Positions 1 through 10,033 of a stretch of DNA of 64,000 nt are shown here, in pieces. The translations under genes and the position numbers were made by a program. This stretch comes from Candidatus Krumholzibacteriales bacterium (GTDB lineage: Bacteria; Krumholzibacteriota; Krumholzibacteriia; Krumholzibacteriales; WJIX01), in assembly GCA_046483305.1 (NCBI GenBank), contig JAWODM010000014.1, positions 59,367 to 123,366 on the forward strand, given 5' to 3'. Position 1 is the first letter of the stretch; each line of letters begins with the position of its first letter. Below the pieces are notes generated by a model. That model had not been told where the DNA came from. It did no database searches and saw nothing but the letters and a program-made list of their open reading frames with translations.

Positions 1-2494
1 CTACCCCGAGATTACTCCCCGGATAACAGAGAGGATAGATTATGAACTGAGGGTTATCAGGGAGATGGGGTTCTCCGGTTATTTTCTGATAGTATGGGAT
101 ATTGTTAAATCCGCCAAGAATGCCGGGATCCCGGTGGGGCCGGGGAGAGGTTCCGCCGCGGGAAGCATAATATGCTACATACTGGGGATTACCAGTATAG
201 ACCCGCTTCGGAACGGACTCCTTTTCGAGCGGTTCCTGAACCCGGAGAGAGTTTCCATGCCGGATATCGATATCGACTTCTGCGACGACCGGCGGCAGGA
301 AGTAATCGATCACGTGGTGGAGACTTACGGGAAAGAAAATGTATGCCAGATAATAACTTTTGGGAGGATGGCGGCCAGAGCGGTAATCAGGGATGTGGGA
401 AGAGTTCTGATGGTTCCCTTCGGAGATGTTGACAGGCTGGCAAAGATGGTCCCGCCGCAACCGGGGATAACCCTTACAGAAGCTTTAGAGAACGTGCCGG
501 AACTCAGGGAACTTTACCGGAATGACGAAGAAATAAAAAGATTGCTGGATCTTTCGCTCTCTCTGGAAGGTATGGCCAGGCATGCTTCTACTCATGCCGC
601 CGGACTGGTTATAACACCGACTCCTCTGGTAAACCATGTCCCGCTTTTCAGGTCCAACAAGGGGGAGATCACCACCCAGTACGAGATGAAGATTCTTAAC
701 AGTATCGGCCTTCTCAAGATTGATATACTGGGTCTTAAAACCCTCTCCCACATATCCAACACACTGAAGCTGGTGAAGGGGCCGAAAGAGACCGGAATGA
801 AGCCCGATGAGATCCCCATCGAAGACGAAAAAGCTTTCAAACTGCTTCAGAAGGGTCAGACCGTAGGGATATTTCAGCTGGAGAGCGAAGGGATGCGGAA
901 TCTTCTGAGGCGGATCAGGCCGGCCGCCTTCCAGGATGTGATAGCAATAAACGCCCTCTACAGGCCGGGACCGCTGAGAAGCGGAATGGTTGACAATTTC
1001 ATCGAATGCAAGCACGGAAAGAAGAAAATAACTTATATGGATCCCCGGCTGGAACCGATCCTGAAAGAGACCTACGGGGTGATACTGTATCAGGAGCAGG
1101 TGATGCAGGTGGCCAGCGATCTGGCCGGTTTCTCCCTGGGCGAAGCGGATATATTGAGAAGGGCAATGGGCAAGAAGGACATGAAGGCGATGGGGCGGAT
1201 GCGGGAGCAGTTCATGAAGGGAGCGTCCGAGAGGGGGTTGGGGAAAAAGAAGGCTGAGAAAATCTTCGACCTGATGTCCAGTTTTGCGGAATACGGTTTC
1301 AATAAATCCCACTCTGCCGCTTACGCGATGGTTTCCATGCAGACGGCATACCTGAAGGCTCATTACCCGGCCGCTTTCATGGCGGCGGCAATGACCAATG
1401 ATATGGGTAATACCGACCGGCTGATGTTCCTTCTGGAAGAGTGCCACAGCCTGGGAATCGCGGTGCGCCCCCCTGACGTAAATTCCAGTCTGGTGGAATT
1501 CGGGTTGAGCGGAGGCGAGATAACATACGGGCTGGCGGCGATAAAGAATCTGGGTATACCCGCTGCCGGGGCGATTGTTGAGGCAAGGATGGATGGGCCT
1601 TTCGTGGACCTCTACGAAATGTGCGAAAGGATAAATCTCAGAAGCATAAACCGCAGGGCGATGGAGAGTCTGATCAAGAGCGGAGCTACCGATTCGCTTC
1701 CGGGAACCAGATCTCAGAAAATAGCTACCCTTGACGATGTCATCTCCCAGGCGCAGAAGAGGCAGAACGAGAAGGAGAGAGGGCAGACTATTTTTATTTT
1801 TAACGACGATCCCTCTTCGCCGGATATCTGCAATCTCAAGGACGTGCCTCCCTGGGACGAAGACAAGAAACTGAAGGAGGAGAGGGAATCTCTCGGTTTT
1901 TATTTTTCTGGCCATCCCCTGGACCGGTACAGGGATGTTCTGCGCTCGATAGTAAATACCGGCAGCGCGGACCTGGGCAGAAGGAAGAAGGGAAGAAACG
2001 TTATCATAGCCGGCCTTATTAACGGAGTAAGAGTAATACAGGACAAACGCGGCAACACCATGGCTTTCGTATCCATGGAGGATTTCTACGGTTCATTCGA
2101 AGCTATCGTTTTCGCCAGCTGCTACCGCAAAGCCAGAGAGGAGCTGGTAGAAGAGAACGCAGTAGTGATAAAGGGGAAAATATCAAACCGGGACAGGGGC
2201 GAAACCAAGATAATTGCGGATAACATCTATTCAATCGACAGGGCTCTCTCAGCGCTGGCCAGAAGAGTTGTCCTGACCTTGAAATCGAACAGTTTTAACG
2301 AGAAGAGCCTGGCCTCTCTAAAGGACCTGATGTCCAGATTTCCCGGAAGAAGGGAACTCGTTTTCGACTGGCGCGAGAATGGCAATGCGCTGTTCAGGAT
2401 AAAATCAGGGAACTGCAGCGTGGAACCTTCACTGGAATTTGTTGACAGAATCAGGAAAATAGATGGAGTGGAAAATGTTGAAGTTACGGTATAG
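1..2494 (+). CDS. dnaE: DNA polymerase III alpha subunit, C-terminal ~830 aa (5' end lies outside window)
   Basis: The open frame runs from position 2 with no stop. The product carries a DnaE polymerase core and beta-binding/OB-fold region (GYFLIVWD, NKSHSAAYA, FYFSGHPL motifs) and is collinear with bacterial DnaE. Confidence 0.9.
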   Translation, partial: YPEITPRITERIDYELRVIREMGFSGYFLIVWDIVKSAKNAGIPVGPGRGSAAGSIICYILGITSIDPLRNGLLFERFLNPERVSMPDIDIDFCDDRRQEVIDHVVETYGKENVCQIITFGRMAARAVIRDVGRVLMVPFGDVDRLAKMVPPQPGITLTEALENVPELRELYRNDEEIKRLLDLSLSLEGMARHASTHAAGLVITPTPLVNHVPLFRSNKGEITTQYEMKILNSIGLLKIDILGLKTLSHISNTLKLVKGPKETGMKPDEIPIEDEKAFKLLQKGQTVGIFQLESEGMRNLLRRIRPAAFQDVIAINALYRPGPLRSGMVDNFIECKHGKKKITYMDPRLEPILKETYGVILYQEQVMQVASDLAGFSLGEADILRRAMGKKDMKAMGRMREQFMKGASERGLGKKKAEKIFDLMSSFAEYGFNKSHSAAYAMVSMQTAYLKAHYPAAFMAAAMTNDMGNTDRLMFLLEECHSLGIAVRPPDVNSSLVEFGLSGGEITYGLAAIKNLGIPAAGAIVEARMDGPFVDLYEMCERINLRSINRRAMESLIKSGATDSLPGTRSQKIATLDDVISQAQKRQNEKERGQTIFIFNDDPSSPDICNLKDVPPWDEDKKLKEERESLGFYFSGHPLDRYRDVLRSIVNTGSADLGRRKKGRNVIIAGLINGVRVIQDKRGNTMAFVSMEDFYGSFEAIVFASCYRKAREELVEENAVVIKGKISNRDRGETKIIADNIYSIDRALSALARRVVLTLKSNSFNEKSLASLKDLMSRFPGRRELVFDWRENGNALFRIKSGNCSVEPSLEFVDRIRKIDGVENVEVTV

Positions 2495-3248
2495 GATACT
2501 TACGGCGGTTCTATCACTGTTCATGCTGGCTGCTGTTTCCGGCGCGGCAAACGCTCAGTTCCGGGAAGATATCAAAGTTATCGAGATACCGACGGCCGGT
2601 ATTATCCCTCATAAGAGCTATATGTATTCAGGTTCGATGGGCCCTTTCAACTCCCTTCTGTTCGGATTGGATGTAGGCCTCCACGACCGCCTGATGATGG
2701 GCGGTTCTTTCGGCCTGCAGAATTTTATCGGCAGGGGGGATATAGAATATAATGAGCGGCCGGAATTCAGAATAAGACTGAGATTGCTGGAAGAGATAAT
2801 AGGAGGGCCCGCTCTGGCGGTGGGAGTAAATACCCAGGGCCAGAATGAATGGTTTGAAGACCTGGAACGTTACGAGAGGAAATCGAAGGGCTTTTACGCC
2901 GTTTTCAGCAAAGGTTATAAACTCTGGAGGAGGTTTTCTCTCCATTTTGGGATAAACTATTCAATGGAGGATGAATATGAGGACGGTACCGACCTGTTCG
3001 GCGGCGTCAGCATAGAGACATTTCCGGGGATGATGATCCTGTGCGAATACTCGGCCGCTTTCAATGATGATGATGAGGACAATCCCAACCGGATGACCAG
3101 AGGCAGGGGGTATCTTGATCTGGGAGTCCGCTTCGATTACCGGGAGAATATGAGGGTCAGGTTGAATTTCCAGGACCTGTTGGAAAATTATATACCTGAA
3201 TCCGGGGTTTCCAGGTCGGTGGAAATTTCTTATATTAATTTTTTCTGA
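2463..3248 (+). CDS. hypothetical secreted/outer-membrane-like protein
   Basis: N-terminal signal peptide (LTAVLSLFMLAAVSGAANA) and beta-strand-like alternation, with a C-terminal INFF (terminal Phe typical of outer-membrane barrels). No recognised family. An alternative ATG at 2475 is possible. Confidence 0.4.
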   Translation: MEWKMLKLRYRILTAVLSLFMLAAVSGAANAQFREDIKVIEIPTAGIIPHKSYMYSGSMGPFNSLLFGLDVGLHDRLMMGGSFGLQNFIGRGDIEYNERPEFRIRLRLLEEIIGGPALAVGVNTQGQNEWFEDLERYERKSKGFYAVFSKGYKLWRRFSLHFGINYSMEDEYEDGTDLFGGVSIETFPGMMILCEYSAAFNDDDEDNPNRMTRGRGYLDLGVRFDYRENMRVRLNFQDLLENYIPESGVSRSVEISYINFF

Positions 3249-3260
3249 AGGGTGAGGAGT

Positions 3261-4217
3261 ATGACAGTCGGGAAAAAGAGAAGACTTGATTTTGAGGACC
3301 CGGTGTACGAACTGGAGGAGAAGATCGAAGCGGGAAAGCAGAGGGGGCTGGAACCGGAGTCCGCCGAAATGAAAAAACTGAGGGAGAGGCTGGAGGAGCT
3401 CGAAGCCAGAGTATACAGCGGGCTTTCCCCCTGGGAGGAGGTTCAGCTGGCAAGGCATCCCGACCGGCCCACCGCTGTTCAGTATATGAATGAAATTTTC
3501 GATGAATTCCTTGAATTTCATGGCGACAGGTATTTCGGTGATGACCCGGCGGTGGTTGGGGGGCTGGTTTCCCTGAACGGAAGAAGGATGGCGGTGGTAG
3601 GGCATGAAAAGGGGAGAAATACCAGGGACAGGCTCAAGCGCAATTTCGGAATGGCATCCCCGGAGGGTTTCAGGAAGTCGCTCAGACTGATGAGGCTGGC
3701 CGAAAAATTCGGGCTTCCGATTATCTCTTTCGTGGATACTCCGGGCGCTTATCCGGGGGTAGGGGCCGAGGAGAGGGGCCAGTCGGCGGCTATTGCTTCG
3801 AATCTCAAGAACCTGTTTGATATATCGGTGCCGATTATAGTAATAATTATCGGCGAAGGCGGGAGTGGGGGTGCTCTCGCTCTGGCTGTGGGGGACATAG
3901 TCCTGATGATGGAGCATGCGGTGTACTCGGTAATTTCTCCGGAAGGATGCGCCGCGATACTTTACAAGAACAAGGAAAAGGCGCCGGAGGCCGCGGCTTC
4001 GCTGAAGCTGACCTCGGCCAACTGCCTGAAGCTGGAAGTCATAGACGAGGTCATCAGCGAGTGCCATGGAGCCGCCCACCGGGACCTCCAGGGCAACGCC
4101 CGGAAGATAAAGGGGCTGATTATGCAGAAACTGGCGGAGCTGGACGGGGTGCCGGGTGATACCCTGCTGAAGAAGAGAGTGGATAAGTTCAGCAGAATAG
4201 GTATTTTTAACGGCTGA
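3261..4217 (+). CDS. accA: acetyl-CoA carboxylase carboxyltransferase subunit alpha
   Basis: MTVGKKRRLDFEDPVYELEEKIE N-terminus; GHEKGRNT, FGMASPEGFRKSLRLMRLAEKFGLPIISFVDTPGAYPG and GEGGSGGALA motifs typical of AccA. The ATG at 3261 follows RBS GGGTGAGGAG; the ORF-track start at 3252 is less likely. Confidence 0.9.
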   Translation: MTVGKKRRLDFEDPVYELEEKIEAGKQRGLEPESAEMKKLRERLEELEARVYSGLSPWEEVQLARHPDRPTAVQYMNEIFDEFLEFHGDRYFGDDPAVVGGLVSLNGRRMAVVGHEKGRNTRDRLKRNFGMASPEGFRKSLRLMRLAEKFGLPIISFVDTPGAYPGVGAEERGQSAAIASNLKNLFDISVPIIVIIIGEGGSGGALALAVGDIVLMMEHAVYSVISPEGCAAILYKNKEKAPEAAASLKLTSANCLKLEVIDEVISECHGAAHRDLQGNARKIKGLIMQKLAELDGVPGDTLLKKRVDKFSRIGIFNG

Positions 4218-4265
4218 AACGGATCAGTATAATTACTGAAAAAAGACCTTTGGAAATATTGGCAC

Positions 4266-4295
4266 TTGACCTCGGTATATCTGATGTTCTATAAT
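4266..4295 (+). promoter_or_regulatory. sigma-70-like promoter (TTGACC - 18 nt - TATAAT) upstream of the Trm112-like gene
   Basis: Near-consensus -35 at 4266-4271 and a perfect -10 at 4290-4295 in an AT-rich spacer downstream of accA. Confidence 0.45.
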
Positions 4296-4403
4296 ATATA
4301 TGTCAGCAATAAAATTAATAATTTACTTGAATTGAAACCCCTGAGTTTATGACCTGTGTCTGAATCAGGGTTTTATTATATTGAACCTGCAGAGGTTTTG
4401 AGA

Positions 4404-4574
4404 ATGACTGTGAGTAATGAGCTGCTGAGCATTCTGGCCTGCCCCAGATGTAAACAGGGGGTAAGGCTTGACAGCACGGAAGAATATATCATTTGCGACG
4501 GGTGCGGGCTTAAATATCCGGTAGAAGAGGATATTCCCGTTATGCTGCTGGAAAGAGCAGAAAAAATCGATTAG
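4404..4574 (+). CDS. Trm112/YcaR-like small zinc-ribbon protein (UPF0434)
   Basis: MTVSNELLSILACPRCKQG...CDGCGLKYPVEEDIPVMLLERA shows the CPxC...CxxC pattern and size typical of the Trm112p-like family. The ORF-track start 4356 lies inside an upstream hairpin, so I chose the ATG at 4404. Confidence 0.65.
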   Translation: MTVSNELLSILACPRCKQGVRLDSTEEYIICDGCGLKYPVEEDIPVMLLERAEKID

Positions 4575-4595
4575 ACTGAAAGAAGGGTAGTTCCC

Positions 4596-5003
4596 GTGAC
4601 CGTATTCACCCATTTTTCTGCCGGGGCCCTGCTTGGCTATTTCTCTCCCGGGTTAGCTTTCGCCGCTTTCCTGGGGCTGTTGAGTCATCTGCTGCTCGAT
4701 TATCTGCCGCATTACGACTTTGAGAATGTATGGCTGGAAATATTATTGGGCTGCGCCGTTCTGGGCTTTCTTATAGCGGGCAGGAGCTGCACCGCTAATA
4801 TCTGTATGGGAGGACTGGTGGCGGTGCTGCCGGATGTGGAGAATCTGCTCTGGAAACTGGGAGCGATCAGGCGGGAGAGGCGGATATTTCCATCTCACAC
4901 CGGCCTGATACCCCACGGAAGGGAGGCCGGAAGACTCAATCTGGCGGCACAGGTTGTTTTCTCTGCCACTGTTGTTGGTTTCCTGCTTTGGAGTAATAAA
5001 TGA
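4596..5003 (+). CDS. YdjM-like membrane-bound metal-dependent hydrolase family protein
   Basis: Small polytopic membrane protein with FTHFSAG and SHLLLDYLPH motifs resembling the YdjM/DUF457 family. Its stop overlaps the next gene's start (ATGA at 5000-5003). Confidence 0.45.
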   Translation: MTVFTHFSAGALLGYFSPGLAFAAFLGLLSHLLLDYLPHYDFENVWLEILLGCAVLGFLIAGRSCTANICMGGLVAVLPDVENLLWKLGAIRRERRIFPSHTGLIPHGREAGRLNLAAQVVFSATVVGFLLWSNK

Positions 5004-8000
5004 AAAGATTAATGATCATAATACTTGTTTTTGCCGTATCCACCCCGGCGCTGAGCTCCGAGCCTCAGGTGAGGATTATAGATTCTGACGGCAGGGGAAT
5101 GGTTGTGGAGGTAACCAGCCCTCCTTACCGGAGAATCCCCGGGCCTGGCGGCCCGGCCAGCGGAGGAGAGATAATAGAAGTTCCCGGTTATGAATTGATT
5201 ATGGAAGAAGACAGGCCGGTGCTTCCTCGCCGCAGGCATCTGTTCTCGGTTGGTTCCGTCTCTGAGATAAAAGTAGAAGTTATTGAAACCGAAACGGAAA
5301 TAATTGAGGGCGCCAAACCTGCCATATTCCATTACGGTTTTGAAATCAATCAGAATTTATGGGAGGGGGCCGGAATCCTGCCCGAAAAGGATAACAGCTT
5401 TGTATTTCTCAGAAAAGCCGGACTATACAGGAAGAAACCCCTCGCCCTGGTAGAGGTCCGGCCGGTGATTTTCAATGAGGAAACGGGGCGGATGACATTC
5501 GCTTCCAGGATTTTATTCAGAATCTCTCACAGTTTCTCTGAGCCGGAAAGAGGAGCGGGCCTGCCCGGTTTCATACTGGGCGCAGGGGACGAAAGCCCCG
5601 TTTCGATAAGCAGGCCTGAAGCGCGGCATTCAGATTTCCAGTTTGGAGAATCAGATCAGTGGGTGAGGCTGGAAGTTCCGGAAACGGGGATATACAGGGT
5701 CGATTATGACGCCCTTCATGATAATGGAATAAACCTGATGGGGATCGATCCCTCCGGGATACGAATCTTCTCAGGGGGGCATTTCTCACAGAATACCAAT
5801 CTTTTTCAGCAGCCGGAGTCAGTCGTGGACGGGGGAAGTTTCAAACAGGATTACAGTATGTCCGAGCATGCCATAAGGCTGGTTGGGATGGAGGACGGCA
5901 CCTTCGATCCCGGCAACTATATTCTGTTCTTTGGCGTGGGAGTGGAAGGGTGGACTGATTATCTGGAACCTGAGGCGGAATCTCACGAACGTTACGACAA
6001 TCTCTACGAAAAGAATAATGTCTACTGGCTGAGCCTGGGAGGAAACTTCGCAGGCGAACCGGCCAGAATGGAATCTCTTGATACCGCCCCCTCCGGCAGC
6101 TCGCCGGAGAACACCATTGATTCCTATATCGAGAGGCTCCATCTGGAGGAGGACCGGGAATATTTCCCGCTTATCTCCGACGACAGATGGGTATGGGATT
6201 TCCTGGTATCCGGGGGGAATAAATCCACCAGAAAGGAATTCAGCGTTCATGATATCGTGAGCAGCGGCTGCAGAATCAGAACTATCGGTTTCGGGGGAAA
6301 GGACAGCGTAACCGACCTGGCCAGGTGTTATCTCAATGACGTCCTGGTGGGGGAAATGGCCTGGATCGGCTCCGACGGCAGTTTCAACCCCGATACCCTT
6401 GATGTCAACGTATCCTCACTCAGAGAGAGCAGCAACTACTTTGAATACCGGAAAACAGACAGCGGGATGGAGATGAATATATACTGGTATCAGGTTTTTT
6501 ACGAGAGGTACCTCAGGCCCGATCCCGATTCCGGAGATCTTGATTTTTCCGCTCCGGGCGCCGGCGGATCCACCCGTTTCATCCTCACGGAGTTTTTCGG
6601 AGAAGACCCATTTATCTTCGATGTTACCGACTATTACAATCCGGTATTACTGGAAGGAGCATATTCTTCCAATGATTCGGTGATCTTCGATTACGGGCTC
6701 GGCACATCTTCCGGGCATTTCATGGCGGTTACCCCTTCCGGCATAAAGGAACCCGGGATAGAGAATTCAGGCAGTATTCCTTCGTTGAGGGATGAACAGG
6801 CGCCTTCCTCCATGGTTGTGATATACCACGGCGCCTTCGAGGAAGCCGCTCTCGAGTATGTGGCGCACCGTTCCGGAAATAATTCTCCGGGTGTGATAAG
6901 GGCGGTGGATATAGACGATGTCTATAATAATTTCTCCGGCGGGCTGAAGGATCCCCTGGCAATAAGAAATTATCTGAAATACCTGTATGACAACTATTCA
7001 GAGGGCGGGGAACCGGCGATAGAATACGCCCTGCTGATGGGAAAGGGAACTTTCGATCCCAAGGATATCAAGGGGGCGGGGAAGGATTTCATTCCATTCT
7101 TCTACAGGACCGTGGGGGGATTTAATGTTTTCGTGGAATACGATGACTTCCTGGCCAGGCTGGACGACACCGGCGACGACTTCGTGGATATCGCCATGGG
7201 AAGGCTGCCCTTTCAGAATTCGCAGGGGGCGGGTAATTACATGGACAAGCTCCGGGGTTACGAAGCGGAAGATAACAACGGCGCCTGGAAGAATAAACTC
7301 ATATTCGTGGCCGACGATGAACATCAGGGAGACAGCCACACGCAGTTTGAGCATATGCAGCAGACCGAACGGATGAGTTCCAACGCAATTAAGCGGGATC
7401 ATTTCGATATCAGCGAAGTTTATCTTCACGAATATCCATTTGACGGTTCCACCAAACCGGAGGCCGCGGCGGCTCTCGCGGAGGAATGGAATGAGGGAGG
7501 TCTGCTGGTCTGTTATTTCGGACACGGTTCTCCATACCAGCTGGCGGACGAGCTGGTACTTAAGAAGTCAGATATATATTCTCTGAATAACGGTAACCGG
7601 CTGCCCCTGTTCCTGCCTCTTTCCTGTTCGGTGGGGGATCAGGAAAAGTTATATGATACATCCCTGTCGGAAGATCTGATCCTCGCCGAAGGAAGGGGGG
7701 CTATTGCCTCCATCGCGGCGGTGACCATAACACTGCCCACCTGGAATGAGGATATGTGCCGTCTCTTTCTGCTGAGGTTGTGGCCGGAGGGGACCCTTGA
7801 TTCCGAAACGGTGGGGAAGGCCCTGAGTTACGCTAAAATAAACAGCCTGACCGCGTATCCCTATATCCTTTCCGGCGACCCCTCCATGAAAATGGCAATG
7901 CCCGAGCTCAACGTCAGGCATGATTACTCCACCATCGACACCCTGGTTACCGGGTTCAGATACTCGGAGAGGGGTTCGGTAATGGTGGATGGCTCTCTTG

Positions 8001-8914
8001 ACCCCGGGTTCAACGGAACCGCCGAAATAATCGTTCGGGAAGCAGAAAAGCGGTTTGAAGTTAATAATTATGATTATAACCACGAGGGCGCGGTAATGTA
8101 CCGGGGAACCTCGGAGATAACCGGAGGTATATTCGATTTCCAGTTTGTAGTGCCTCTTCGCTGCAGGATAGGCGACCGGGCCAGGCTTAGAAGTTATGTC
8201 TACAGCGATGATTACCGTGACGGCGTGGGCGCCTGTGATACCCTCAGGATTATCCAGAATTCCACGCCTCCGGCAAACGACGGGCCTCCCAGAGTCAGCA
8301 TGTACTTCAACAATATGGCTACCAGGGTTAAAAAGGGCTCGCGGCTGTTTGTTGATATAGCTGATGATAACGGTATAGCCATACTGGGCAAGGATCCCCA
8401 GAATTCGATATTGCTGGAGTTCGATGACAGCGGATACCCCATACAGGTTACGGATTATTTCCAGTATGATCATAATTCATACACCAGCGGAGGGCTGGAA
8501 TACTCACTGAATGAGGATTTTGATATCGGAGACCACTCGGTTCTCCTGAGGGTATTCGACAATCTCGGGGAGATGTCGACCGATACCCTGAACTTCTCCA
8601 TAGTCGAAGAGGGGGTGCATAAGATAAGTGATGCCTTTAACTTCCCCAATCCGCTGAGTGAGAGCACCAATTTTGTCTTCCAGCTTACCTCGCCGGCGAA
8701 GGTGAAATTTGCGATTTATAATCTTTCCGGAAAGAAGATCTGGGAGAGAAGGATCAGCGCAGTGGAAGGATACAACAGCATTTACTGGGATGGAACGGAT
8801 TATGCGAATAATACTGTCGCTAACGGAACTTATATATACCTGATAGACGCGAAATTCCCCGGAACACTGGGACGAAACGAGAAAGTGAAGGGCAAGGTGG
8901 TAGTTCTCAAATAG
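5000..8914 (+). CDS. porU: PorU-like peptidase C25 (gingipain family) protein with T9SS C-terminal domain
   Basis: Signal peptide. C25-type catalytic dyad context: GHGSPYQ (~7520) followed by LPLSCSVGDQ (~7625). C-terminal ~85 aa (8657-8914) match the T9SS sorting-domain pattern (FNFPNPLSE...YNLSGKKI...NGTYIYLI). Sits immediately upstream of a PorV-like gene, the conserved PorU-PorV arrangement. Confidence 0.65.
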   Translation: MKRLMIIILVFAVSTPALSSEPQVRIIDSDGRGMVVEVTSPPYRRIPGPGGPASGGEIIEVPGYELIMEEDRPVLPRRRHLFSVGSVSEIKVEVIETETEIIEGAKPAIFHYGFEINQNLWEGAGILPEKDNSFVFLRKAGLYRKKPLALVEVRPVIFNEETGRMTFASRILFRISHSFSEPERGAGLPGFILGAGDESPVSISRPEARHSDFQFGESDQWVRLEVPETGIYRVDYDALHDNGINLMGIDPSGIRIFSGGHFSQNTNLFQQPESVVDGGSFKQDYSMSEHAIRLVGMEDGTFDPGNYILFFGVGVEGWTDYLEPEAESHERYDNLYEKNNVYWLSLGGNFAGEPARMESLDTAPSGSSPENTIDSYIERLHLEEDREYFPLISDDRWVWDFLVSGGNKSTRKEFSVHDIVSSGCRIRTIGFGGKDSVTDLARCYLNDVLVGEMAWIGSDGSFNPDTLDVNVSSLRESSNYFEYRKTDSGMEMNIYWYQVFYERYLRPDPDSGDLDFSAPGAGGSTRFILTEFFGEDPFIFDVTDYYNPVLLEGAYSSNDSVIFDYGLGTSSGHFMAVTPSGIKEPGIENSGSIPSLRDEQAPSSMVVIYHGAFEEAALEYVAHRSGNNSPGVIRAVDIDDVYNNFSGGLKDPLAIRNYLKYLYDNYSEGGEPAIEYALLMGKGTFDPKDIKGAGKDFIPFFYRTVGGFNVFVEYDDFLARLDDTGDDFVDIAMGRLPFQNSQGAGNYMDKLRGYEAEDNNGAWKNKLIFVADDEHQGDSHTQFEHMQQTERMSSNAIKRDHFDISEVYLHEYPFDGSTKPEAAAALAEEWNEGGLLVCYFGHGSPYQLADELVLKKSDIYSLNNGNRLPLFLPLSCSVGDQEKLYDTSLSEDLILAEGRGAIASIAAVTITLPTWNEDMCRLFLLRLWPEGTLDSETVGKALSYAKINSLTAYPYILSGDPSMKMAMPELNVRHDYSTIDTLVTGFRYSERGSVMVDGSLDPGFNGTAEIIVREAEKRFEVNNYDYNHEGAVMYRGTSEITGGIFDFQFVVPLRCRIGDRARLRSYVYSDDYRDGVGACDTLRIIQNSTPPANDGPPRVSMYFNNMATRVKKGSRLFVDIADDNGIAILGKDPQNSILLEFDDSGYPIQVTDYFQYDHNSYTSGGLEYSLNEDFDIGDHSVLLRVFDNLGEMSTDTLNFSIVEEGVHKISDAFNFPNPLSESTNFVFQLTSPAKVKFAIYNLSGKKIWERRISAVEGYNSIYWDGTDYANNTVANGTYIYLIDAKFPGTLGRNEKVKGKVVVLK

Positions 8915-9008
8915 TATCCTGAATCTTTCCGGGGAGCGGAATGTTTACTGCTTGACCGGGTAAGGTAACAATTATTATTTTAAGGTGGTATCAAAGAGAG
9001 GAAATGAT

Positions 9009-10007
9009 ATGAAAAAAATTACTGCAGCTTTGTTGTCAGTCTTAACAGCAATTCTTCTGATCCCCGCCGGCGATACCTTCGCTCAGGGACAGGCGGGAGC
9101 ATACTGTCTGAAGATAGCGCCCGGCGCAAGAGCTAATGGAATGGGTGGAAGCAGTGTGGCTATGGTCGAGGACGCTACCAGTCTCTGGTGGAACCCGGCC
9201 GGAATGTCCATGCTGGAATATTCAATGGCGGATATAATGCATACCAAACTGGTACCTACACTGGCCGCCGATGTTTTCTTTGAATATGCCGGCATAGTTC
9301 ACCACCTGGGTAGCGGGATCAGTGTGGGGTTCGCTTTTCAGTACCTCTCCTACGGCGAGTGGGTGGCCACCGATGAAGGCGGAGAAGAGCTCGGAAACGC
9401 CAGCAGTTACGAGATGTCTCCCATGGTAGGCGCCTCCATGAAACTGGGCGAGAATTTCAGCGTGGGTATGAACTTCAAGTTTGTATATATCGATCTGGCG
9501 CCGAAGTGGGCTACGGTGGAGGGAGAAGAAGGTGTGGGGCATTCCGTGGGCCTGGATATAGGATGCCTTTACAGGATCCCTGAATTCAGCTATGCCGGCT
9601 ACAGGGTAACCGGATTGCGGCTGGGAGCGGCCATATCCAACCTGGGGCCGTCCATTACCTATATCGACAGCGATCAGGCGGCCCCTCTGCCCCGGACCGT
9701 CAGGGTAGGGTTCGGTTATACCGCAGTCAGCAGCGAGCTGTTCGAGGTGAACGTGGCAGGTGACGTGGAAAGGCTGCTGATAGACGGAGATATCGATCCG
9801 ATATATCATGCCGGGAGTGAGTTCGTCTATACCGACCTTTTCGCGGTCAGAGTCGGTTATCTGTATGATAAGGACGGCGACGTCAAGGGTGTAAGCTACG
9901 GGCTGGGATTCAATATAAGCAACCGCATCAGGATTGATTACGGTAACGTTCCCCAGCATGAGGACCTTGACAGAGTGCACCGATGGTCACTGGGCCTTAA
10001 TTTCTAG
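9009..10007 (+). CDS. porV: PorV/PorQ-family T9SS outer-membrane shuttle protein
   Basis: Signal peptide, then the hallmark LKIAPGARANGMGGSSVAMVEDATSLWWNPAGM motif (GARxxGMGG...NPAG) of the PorV/LptO family. Size and composition fit a beta-barrel and the C-terminus is LNF. ATG at 9009 follows RBS GAGAGG. Confidence 0.7.
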   Translation: MKKITAALLSVLTAILLIPAGDTFAQGQAGAYCLKIAPGARANGMGGSSVAMVEDATSLWWNPAGMSMLEYSMADIMHTKLVPTLAADVFFEYAGIVHHLGSGISVGFAFQYLSYGEWVATDEGGEELGNASSYEMSPMVGASMKLGENFSVGMNFKFVYIDLAPKWATVEGEEGVGHSVGLDIGCLYRIPEFSYAGYRVTGLRLGAAISNLGPSITYIDSDQAAPLPRTVRVGFGYTAVSSELFEVNVAGDVERLLIDGDIDPIYHAGSEFVYTDLFAVRVGYLYDKDGDVKGVSYGLGFNISNRIRIDYGNVPQHEDLDRVHRWSLGLNF

Positions 10008-10033
10008 AATCCCCTGGAAAGGTTATTATTGAG

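Noticed and set aside
485-1915. 476-aa ORF antisense to dnaE. Similar long antisense ORFs occur at 2961-4079, 43244-44326, 54250-55254, 60210-62393 and 62451-63554.
   Set aside because: High-GC coding DNA yields long stop-free reverse frames. In every case the sense strand encodes a protein with clear family motifs, while the antisense translations are low-complexity, Arg/Pro/Gly-rich and featureless.
4356-4403. Upstream extension of the Trm112-like ORF.
   Set aside because: The extension begins inside a promoter-proximal hairpin (4335-4374). The ATG at 4404 gives the canonical ~57-aa family length.
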